Of a stretch of DNA of 64,000 bases, positions 1 through 8,110 are shown piece by piece. A model generated the notes under the pieces. The model saw only the letters and a program-made list of their open reading frames with translations. It was not told the origin of the DNA and did no database searches. Position 1 is the first letter of the stretch, and each line of letters begins with the position of its first letter. The position numbers and the translations under genes are program-made. This DNA comes from Thermoanaerobaculia bacterium (lineage in GTDB: Bacteria > Acidobacteriota > Thermoanaerobaculia > Multivoradales > Multivoraceae). Location: contig OZ220688.1 in NCBI GenBank assembly GCA_965116445.1, forward strand, positions 1,447,842 to 1,511,841, read 5' to 3'.

Positions 1-1825
1 GTAGCTGGTCCGCGAACTGCGAGTAGCTCGCCCTCAGCAAGGTGTCGCGTTCCTGGCCCAATGCATACGTGAACCCGAGCCGCGGGAAGATGGAGTCCCA
101 ACTGAAGCCCGCGTCACCGCCCGGATAGGCGACACCCGGAATCAGGTCGGGACGGACCGGGTGGGCCGGCAGATCGTACTGGCCGTTCTCGCCGGTCTGT
201 GAGTCGTACCGGAGGCCCGCGTTGATCGTCATCTGGCCGAGGGAAATCGTGTCCTGAAGCCAGAGGCCGGTGTACTCGGCGGTCAGCTCGCCGACATCGT
301 CACGGGCGAAGTACGTCCACTCCCGGTCAAGTCGATGCCAAGTCTGACGAGGTCCCCAGCGAAAGACGGAAGCGTTCTCATACGTCCGGTAACGCCCGCC
401 GAACCGGAGTTCGTGGGTGGCGCTGGCGCCACTGGTGAGGAAGTACGTGCCATCTACCTTGAAGAGGTCGTTCGGCGATGACGTACCGCCGCTGAGGTAG
501 TTCATTGCCCAGATGCCGTCGTTCCGCTCCGGGTCCGGAGCATCCGCGTGCAGGCCGTTCTGGTCGGACCGGTTGCTGAGGGCGAACAGGCCGAAACCGA
601 AGTCGCCGTGCATGTAGGTGCCGGTGAAGAACAGGTTCGACGACGCAACATGCTGATCTTCAAGGCGGTACTGCGCCGAGGGGCCGCGCTGGTTCCAGGT
701 GGTCGCGGGCGGCCGCGTGGTTCCGGCGCCGCGGCCGAACTTCAGCTTGTCGCCGTTGTTGTACGAGCCCACGATCGAATTCGAGTCGTTGATCTGGCCG
801 TTGGCCTTGATCACCGTGTTCTCGAGCAACGTGTCGTCGGCTTGCCCGGAAGCTGCGTTCTGGCCGATGTCGTTCTGGCCCCAGCTACCCCAGAACCAAA
901 GGCGGTCCTGGATCGCCGCGCCGCCGGCCTCGAAACCGAAGTCCTCGATCTTGCGGACGCGTGCGCCGGCGAGCGCCGTCTGACCGTTGGTCCTGTAGAG
1001 CTCGCCTTCGATGTTCGGCTGCGACCCTTTGAGGGCACCGCCGAAGTAGCCCGAGCCCGCCGTGTTGTAGAACCGCGCGGAACCCCGGAACTCGTTCGTG
1101 CCCCGCTTGGTGACCAGGTTGACCTGGACTCCGGAGCTGTTCTTCGTGACATCGGTACCGCCGGTCGTCATCGACATCTCGGCGAACTGATCGAAGTCGT
1201 AGTAGGTCGGCGAAGCGCCGGTGGCGCGCATGTCCGTGATCTCGGAACCGTCCATCTGGAAGTCGTTCTGCGACGACGACACGCCCGCGGCACGGAAGTT
1301 GGCCTGCTGGCCGGACTCGCTGCCGCCGACGTTGACCCGGTCGACGATCACGCCTGGGGTCTGGGCCAGGATGGCCCACGGGTCGCGCGCGGTCGGGATC
1401 TTCTCCAATTCGACCTGGCTGACGTTCGTGCCGGCCGAGATCTGCCGCTCGTCAAGCAGCGGACTCTCGGAAGTCACGGTGATCGTCTCCTCAAGGGCCG
1501 CGGTCAGGGTCAGCGGCAGGTTGGTGTTCTGGCCAAGCCGGACGACGACGTCCGGATACTCCAGGCCGCCGAAGCCATCGAGCTCCGCCCTGACGGTGAA
1601 GCCGCCCGGATCGAGCGCAAGGATTCGGAAGGCGCCGCGCTCATCCGTGAACTGGACACGGTCGGCGCCGATGCCGCCGACCGTGATCTGTACGCCCGGC
1701 AACGGCGCGCCGGACTCGTCCGTGACCGTGCCGTACAGGTTGCCCGTCGCGGACTGGCCGAAGGCCGCCCCCCCGACGAGCAGACAAAGGATGACGCCGA
1801 ACGTCGAAACGGTGCGTCTGCTCAT
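1..1825 (-). CDS. Oar-like TonB-dependent receptor with N-terminal carboxypeptidase-regulatory-like domain (runs off left edge)
   Basis: Manual translation from ATG 1825: MSRRTVSTFGVILCLLVGGAAFGQSATGNLYGTVTDESGAPLPGVQITV...EETITVTSESPLLD...IPTARDPWAILAQTPGV. Signal peptide, G.V.D.SGAPLPG motif, GGAGGGAG RBS upstream. Absent from the ORF track because its stop lies outside the window. Confidence 0.9.
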   Translation of the reverse strand, partial: MSRRTVSTFGVILCLLVGGAAFGQSATGNLYGTVTDESGAPLPGVQITVGGIGADRVQFTDERGAFRILALDPGGFTVRAELDGFGGLEYPDVVVRLGQNTNLPLTLTAALEETITVTSESPLLDERQISAGTNVSQVELEKIPTARDPWAILAQTPGVIVDRVNVGGSESGQQANFRAAGVSSSQNDFQMDGSEITDMRATGASPTYYDFDQFAEMSMTTGGTDVTKNSSGVQVNLVTKRGTNEFRGSARFYNTAGSGYFGGALKGSQPNIEGELYRTNGQTALAGARVRKIEDFGFEAGGAAIQDRLWFWGSWGQNDIGQNAASGQADDTLLENTVIKANGQINDSNSIVGSYNNGDKLKFGRGAGTTRPPATTWNQRGPSAQYRLEDQHVASSNLFFTGTYMHGDFGFGLFALSNRSDQNGLHADAPDPERNDGIWAMNYLSGGTSSPNDLFKVDGTYFLTSGASATHELRFGGRYRTYENASVFRWGPRQTWHRLDREWTYFARDDVGELTAEYTGLWLQDTISLGQMTINAGLRYDSQTGENGQYDLPAHPVRPDLIPGVAYPGGDAGFSWDSIFPRLGFTYALGQERDTLLRASYSQFADQL

Positions 1826-2350
1826 AACGTTCAATACTCCCTCCAAGGTGAGTTGTACGGAGGGGTCAGCGTCCTTCAGTGGACACTGAACCGTCCCCCG
1901 CAGTTTGGTAACGAGCCTGACCGGCTCACCAACAGTGAAGAACCTACCGCAAGGCACATGCCAAAACGGCCAGCGGCCCGGCACGTCTGACGGTAGGCGG
2001 AAACCCGCCTTCGCAGGCGTTCTGTGGAGCGCCGACGACATGACCGCGCCATATTGACGCGACCACCCTCGCGGGTACATCCAAAAATGCGGTCTTTCTC
2101 CATTGCTTTGAATAACCCGTCAGATCCTCGTGGCTCGGTGCCTGCATCCGTGACTGCCGATCAACCGTCGCCTGACGGCAAGTCGCCAGTACCGCATACC
2201 AAGGCGCGCTCCGGGTTGAGGCACGCTGAATTCAACGTCTGATTGACGATGACCAACCGCCCACTGATGGACGGCGTGACCAGCGCCTGACCCGGATCAA
2301 CCTGTCGAGTGCGGGAATCGTACAGCACGAGTGAGAGGTTGTCCATAGAC

Positions 2351-3499
2351 ATGGAACCCACCCCCGGTCAACAGGCCTTCGCCCGGCCCCGAGCGCTCCG
2401 CGCCCAGGTCTTCGTCCTGGCCGCCTTCGCAACAGCCTGCGCGGGCTACGTACCCTTCGACGGCGCCCGGGCTCTGGCGCCCGAGTTCGAGCGGCGCCTG
2501 GGCAGCGGCTGGCAGCAGCAGGTCGTCGTGCCGTTCGCCGTCACCGACGAACTGCGCGCCGCCATGGACGAGCGCGTCAGCCCCGCCGGCAGCGAAACCC
2601 GCCGCCGGGACGAGGTCCTGGACTTCATCTTCGGCTGGCTCGATCTGCAGTACGACCTGAGGCCCACGCGCACCGCCGCGGAGACGTTCAGCACCGCTCG
2701 CGGCAACTGCCTCTCCTTCGTCAACCTGTTCGTGGCGGCCGGACGGGAGCGGCGCCTGAACCCCTTTTTCGTCGAGGTCGAGGACTACCAGCGCTGGAAC
2801 TACCACAACGGCGTCGTCGTCAGCCGCGGCCACATCGTCGCCGGCATGTACGTGGACGGCAACATGGCTACCTACGACTTCCTGCCCTACCGGCCGAAGT
2901 CCTACCGGAGCTTTCGGCCGATCACGGACCTGGCGGCCGCCGGCCACTACTACAACAACCTCGGAGCGGAGGCGCTGATGGCGGACGACCTGAAGGCCGC
3001 CGAGCGCTGGCTCGACATCGCGGTCCGGCTGGCGCCCGACTTCGACAAGGCGATCAACAACTACGGCCTGGTTCTGCTGCGAGCCGGCCGGATCGACGAA
3101 GCGATCGCGACCTACGAGCAGGGACTGGAACTCCATCCCGAAAACGTGCCCCTGCTGACCAATCTGGTCCGCGGCTACCAGATCGAAGGCCGCCACGACC
3201 GCGCCGCCGAACTGCTCGACACCCTGGAGGCGATGAACCGGGCGAGCCCCTTCTTCTACGTCTACCGCGGAGACGCGGCGCTCGCCGCCGGGGACACGGC
3301 GACCGCACTGGACTACATGCGACGTGCGCTGGCGACCGACTCGGAACTGCCCGAAGTCCACGTCGGCCTGGTTCGCGTGTACCTGGCGACCGGTCAGATG
3401 CGTGAGGCGAAGCACCACGTCGAACGGGCACTGCGCCTGGATGCGACCCACGTGGAAGCACGGAAGTACGCCGCGATGATCGAGCGCGGACCCGGGTAG
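2351..3499 (+). CDS. Transglutaminase-like (Cys-His-Asp) domain plus TPR-repeat protein, probable lipoprotein
   Basis: GNCLSF, GHIVAG and YDF triad-like motifs; C-terminal TPR pattern (YYNNLGAEAL...AVRLAPD...NNYGLVL); hydrophobic N-terminus ending ATAC. Confidence 0.8.
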   Translation: MEPTPGQQAFARPRALRAQVFVLAAFATACAGYVPFDGARALAPEFERRLGSGWQQQVVVPFAVTDELRAAMDERVSPAGSETRRRDEVLDFIFGWLDLQYDLRPTRTAAETFSTARGNCLSFVNLFVAAGRERRLNPFFVEVEDYQRWNYHNGVVVSRGHIVAGMYVDGNMATYDFLPYRPKSYRSFRPITDLAAAGHYYNNLGAEALMADDLKAAERWLDIAVRLAPDFDKAINNYGLVLLRAGRIDEAIATYEQGLELHPENVPLLTNLVRGYQIEGRHDRAAELLDTLEAMNRASPFFYVYRGDAALAAGDTATALDYMRRALATDSELPEVHVGLVRVYLATGQMREAKHHVERALRLDATHVEARKYAAMIERGPG

Positions 3500-3547
3500 G
3501 CACGGGAACCGGGAGGACCGAAGGAGGTGTTAGCCTTGAGCCTGCTC

Positions 3548-5763
3548 ATGTCAGACGCCTGCAAGCCTGAACGTGCCAGGCTGGCGTTCATGGCCGCCTG
3601 CCTCGCCTCCGCGGCGGCGTTGGCCGGCTTCCTGCTTGCGACACCCCATGCGACGGCCCAGGAGCCCGCTCCCGGGAACCTCCGCCAATTCGAGGACCGC
3701 GAGTTCGTCTTCGAGGTCCAGGTGCCGGTCAACGTCATCGCGCGAGACGGCACCGCCGTCCGCGGCCTGACCGCCGAGGACTTCGAGATCCTGGACGAGG
3801 ACGAGGCGCAGGCGCTCACCGGTTTCCGCGTGATCGATCTGGAACAGATCGTCCCGGACGACCGGCGGGTCATCGAGACGGACTACGGCGTTCCGCCGGC
3901 GGCCCGACGCCACTTCCTGTTCCTGTTCGACCTCTCCTACTCCGCGCCGACCTCCATCGCCAAGGCCCAGCAGGCGGCGCATGCCTTCGTCCTGGAGCAG
4001 ATGCATCCGACGGATCTCGCCGCGGTCGGCATCCACACCGTCGAATCGGGTCCGCAACTCCTGATCACCTTCACGCCCGATCGCTCCCAGCTCGCGCGGG
4101 CGATCGCGACCCTGGGCAATCCGAGACTTCTCCAACTGGCGACCGAGGACCCGCTGGGCTTCCTGATCGACACGCCGGGGCCGGCGCCCGAACTGACGGC
4201 GTCGCTCGACGTGGGTGGCGTAAACCCGGGGATCACCGAAATGGAGCGCAGCATGAGCAGCTACCTCCAGGTGATCGGCCGGGAGATGGCGAAGTCCGAG
4301 AGGAGCTTTGCCCGCGGCCAAGTCTCTCGCTGGGCAGACACCCTGCACCAGATGGCGCGCATTCTCTCCTCGGTCGAGGGGCGCAAGCACCTCATCCTGT
4401 TCTCGGAGGGTTTCGACGGCAGGCTCCTGTTCGGCCGCCAGCCGAATTTCTTCGACGAGGAGCTGCGGCAGGAAACCGACCTGATCGAGCGCGGGCACAT
4501 TGCCCAGGTCGACACCGATCAACGCTTCGGCAACACCCAGCTCCAGGCCCAGGTCCACCAGATGCTGAGGGAGTTCAACCGGGCCAACACGGTGATCCAC
4601 ACCGTCGACATCTCCGGCCTGCGGGCGGACTCGCGCGAGGAAGACCGCGCCCGCGTCGTCGGCCGGGACGCTCTCTTCTACCTGGCCAACGAGACCGGCG
4701 GACGGCTGCACGAAGACGCGAACGACTTCGGCGCCGAACTCGAGGAAGTGCTTGAGTCTTCCACCGTGACCTACCTGCTCTCGTTCCAGCCCACCGACCC
4801 GGGCGAAGCCGGCGACCACCACCGCCTGCGGGTGCGGGCCCGAGCGCCGAAGGGCGCTCAACTCTCCCACCGCATGGGCTACTACACGCCGCGACCCTAC
4901 GGCGACCTGCACCCGATGGAGAAGCGTCTGCTCGCCTCCGACCTGATCGCCGCCGCGGCCGAGCGGGACGACCTGACGATGAACGTCCTCGCCGCCCCGT
5001 TCCGGGCCGGCCCGAACCAGGCCTACATACCGGTCATCGTCGAGATCGATGGCGGCAGCCTGCTCGAGGGCCACGAATCGCGCCGGCTCCCGGTCGAGAT
5101 CTACGCCTACATCACCGACGAAAGGACGGAGGTGCGGGACTTTTTCAGCCGCGTCGTGACCCTGGATCTGACCGGCCGCCAGGACACCTTCGCGAACACG
5201 GGGCTCAAGTACTACGGCAGCCTCGATCTCGAGCCCGGCGAGTACCTGCTGCGAGTGCTCGCCCGCAACGCGTCGACGGGCGCCACCGGCGTCGAGACCC
5301 TGGCCCTCCACGTTCCCACCTTCGAAGACGGCGAACCGACCCTCCTGCCCCCCTTCTTCCACGAAGAACCCGGCGCCTGGTTCCTGGTTCGGGAGCAGCC
5401 CGCGGACCAGTACGCGAAATCGACCGTCTACCCGTTCACGGTCAACGGCCAGCCCTACGTACCGTCGGCGGTACCCCTCCTCGCGGAGGCCGGCAGCGGC
5501 GAAGCGGAGATCTGCCTCGTGGGTTACAAGGCGATCTGGCGCTCCAGAGCACCGTGCTGGACGCGGACGGTGAGCGGATGGCTGGCGGTGCGCTCAACCT
5601 GCGCGAACGAACCGTGACCGGCATTCCCGGCCTCGACAAGCTGGTCGCCGCCTTCGATCCGGTCGACCTGCCGGCGGGCGACTACACTCTGAGGGTCACG
5701 GTGACCGATCCGGCGACCCAGGCTCGACCGTTCAACTCGATTCCGCTTAGAGTCCTGAACTGA
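3548..5763 (+). pseudogene. Acidobacterial VWFA-related (VWA) protein with a frameshift near 5528
   Basis: VEVPVNV..DG..VRGLT..DF, RHFLFLFDLSYS (DxSxS), GRKHLILFSEGF, LANETGG. The frame stops at 5617, but the paralog-like C-terminus (LPAGDYTLRVTVTD...SIPLRVLN) continues in another frame from 5530 to 5763. Start codon uncertain (3527, 3548 or 3590). Confidence 0.8.
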
Positions 5764-5833
5764 GCGGGGCGGTCTGACCGGGTTCGCTGATCCGGCGCCG
5801 ACGACTCGTTTCTCGACCTCAGGAGCTTCGAGC

Positions 5834-8029
5834 ATGCACCACTGCAAGCAACCCGTTACGTTCTTCAGCCGAACCTCCTGGCAACTGGCCGCCAGAACCG
5901 CGCCGGCGGCGCTGTGCGCAGCCGCGCTGTTCCTCGCCGCAGCCGACGCGGATGCCCAGCGCAACCGCCGGCGGCAGGCGCAGACCCAGTTCAGCGACAC
6001 GACGACGGTGACCGTCGTCGAGGTCCCCGTCCAGGTGACGAGCGGCGGCGCGCCGTTGCGTGACCTCGGCCCGAACGACTTTGAGCTTCTCGACGGCCGC
6101 CGGCAGGTCGAGATCACCGGCTTCGACCTGGTCGACCTTTCCGTGGTCGAGGGCAAACCCACCCAGCAACAGATCCCGGTCGCCGCGCGACGGCACTTCC
6201 TGCTGTTCTTCGACCTGTTCTTCACGAGTCCCGATTCGGTAGGCCGCGCGCAGGAGGCGGCGGCCGAGCTCGTCCTGACCTCGCTTCACCCGACCGATCT
6301 GGTCGCCGTCGCCGTCTTCGACACGAGGCCCCGGCTCGTGCTCGGCTTCACGTCCGACCGCAGCCAGGTGCGCCAGGCGATCCAGTCGCTGGGGCAGGTG
6401 GAGGTGGGCGAGCGCAACGTCCGCGACCCGCTCGGGCTCGTCGTCGCGGACATCGGCGGCGCCCTGGCCGAGATGGCCGCCGGCGACGATCTGGCCGGAG
6501 GCGCGCAGAACGCCGCCGCCATCGACCCGGGCGAAATCCTCGAACAGACCCGGCGCGAGCTCCAGAACCTCCAGGAACAGGCGCAACGCGGGGCGGACGC
6601 CAGCAAGATCGCCGCGATGACCCAGGGCATGAGCGAACTCGCGAACTGGATGGCAAGTGTCGAGGGCCGCAAGCATGTCGTGTTCCTCTCCGAGGGCATG
6701 CCGACGGCGGTGCTGTACGGCAACCAGGGCCTGACCGACGAGGACCGGGCTGCACTGCAGAGCGACAGCGAGGCCGTCCTGCAGGGCCGGACGTGGGAGG
6801 TCGACCAGCAGAGCACGTTCGGCGACTCCTCCGCCCAGAGCGCGATGGAGCGCATGCTCGCCCGGTTCCGCGAAGCGAACTGCTCGATTCAGGCGGTCGA
6901 CGTGAGCGGCCAGATCACGGGCGAGGCCCAGAGCAGACGCGGCTCGCTGCTCCAGATGGCCGACGACACCGGCGGCGAGATGTTCTCGAACTTCACGAAC
7001 CTGGGCGACGCGATGTCCGAGATGCTCGAGCGCACGAGCGTTACCTACCTGCTTGCCTTCACCCCGACCGACCTCAAGCCGGACGGCAAGTTCCGGCGGC
7101 TGCGGGTGCGGCTGAAGGACGCTCCCCGGGGGACCCGGGTCGTGCACCGGCCGGGCTACTTCCCCCCGAAGTCCTACGCCCAGACGAGCCCGTTCGAGCG
7201 GGCGCTGAGCTCGGCTCAGACCGTGATGGGCGGCGTTGAGACCGGCGACATCGAGGCCTCGGTTCTGGCCACCGGCTTCCCCGCCGACAGCGGCAAGCAA
7301 TACGCGCCGGTCCTCATCACGGCCCGCGGCGAGGACCTGCTCGCCGGAGTGAGCGGCGACGTGCTACCGATGGAAATCTACGCCTACGCGCTCGACGAGA
7401 ACGGCGTCGTACGCGACTTCTTCTCAGCTCGGATGGGCCTGGGCCTGGCGGAAGCCGGCGCCGCGATCCGCCGGAGCGGCATCAAGTACTGGGGCCACTT
7501 CGACCTCGACCCGGGCGCCTACTCGGTGCGGGTGCTGCTCCGCAACGACGTCACCGGCCGCCGGGCACTCTCGACTGCCGTCTTGAACGTGCCGGGCGAC
7601 AACCCGGTCCTTCAGCCGCCCCTGTTTCCAGAGCCGCCGACCAAGTGGCTGCTGCTGCGCGAGGATCCGTCCGAGCAGCGCCAGGACGTCGCTTTCCCGT
7701 TCCTGCGCAGCGGTGAACCCTTCATCCCCGCAGCGAAGCCGGAGATCGCTGCCGGTGGCGAAACACCGATCAGCCTCGTCGGCATGAACCTGAGCGCCGG
7801 GCCGGTCTCGGTACGGACTCAGGTCTTCCACCCGAACGGAGAGCAGGTAGCTGAGGGCGGAGACGTGATCCTGGCGCCGGACGCTGCCGCCAGTTCAAGC
7901 CTCTCGCAGCTCTCCGGAACGTTCGTGGCGGGGAAGAAGCTCGCCAGCGGCGACTACACGCTGGTCGTCACGGTGACCGACGAGAACAACGACCAGCACT
8001 CGTCCTCGACGCCGATTCGGGTGCTGTAG
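5834..8029 (+). CDS. Acidobacterial VWFA-related (VWA) protein, secreted
   Basis: Signal peptide; VEVPVQV, RHFLLFFDLFFT, GRKHVVFLSEG, MADDTGG, FRRLRVRL..HRPGY; collinear paralog of the upstream gene. Confidence 0.9.
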   Translation: MHHCKQPVTFFSRTSWQLAARTAPAALCAAALFLAAADADAQRNRRRQAQTQFSDTTTVTVVEVPVQVTSGGAPLRDLGPNDFELLDGRRQVEITGFDLVDLSVVEGKPTQQQIPVAARRHFLLFFDLFFTSPDSVGRAQEAAAELVLTSLHPTDLVAVAVFDTRPRLVLGFTSDRSQVRQAIQSLGQVEVGERNVRDPLGLVVADIGGALAEMAAGDDLAGGAQNAAAIDPGEILEQTRRELQNLQEQAQRGADASKIAAMTQGMSELANWMASVEGRKHVVFLSEGMPTAVLYGNQGLTDEDRAALQSDSEAVLQGRTWEVDQQSTFGDSSAQSAMERMLARFREANCSIQAVDVSGQITGEAQSRRGSLLQMADDTGGEMFSNFTNLGDAMSEMLERTSVTYLLAFTPTDLKPDGKFRRLRVRLKDAPRGTRVVHRPGYFPPKSYAQTSPFERALSSAQTVMGGVETGDIEASVLATGFPADSGKQYAPVLITARGEDLLAGVSGDVLPMEIYAYALDENGVVRDFFSARMGLGLAEAGAAIRRSGIKYWGHFDLDPGAYSVRVLLRNDVTGRRALSTAVLNVPGDNPVLQPPLFPEPPTKWLLLREDPSEQRQDVAFPFLRSGEPFIPAAKPEIAAGGETPISLVGMNLSAGPVSVRTQVFHPNGEQVAEGGDVILAPDAAASSSLSQLSGTFVAGKKLASGDYTLVVTVTDENNDQHSSSTPIRVL

Positions 8030-8110
8030 TCGCGGGCCTTCAGACCCGCGGACGGGCGCGGGACCGAACTTCCCTCGCCCCCACAGACTTCAAGACGGCG
8101 AGACCCTAAA

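Noticed and set aside
548-1990. 480-aa plus-strand ORF
   Set aside because: Antisense to the TonB-dependent receptor, which has clear motifs.
2054-2081. Sigma70 promoter TTGACG-N16-TACATC
   Set aside because: Weak -10 and about 270 bp from the next start; not supportable from sequence alone.
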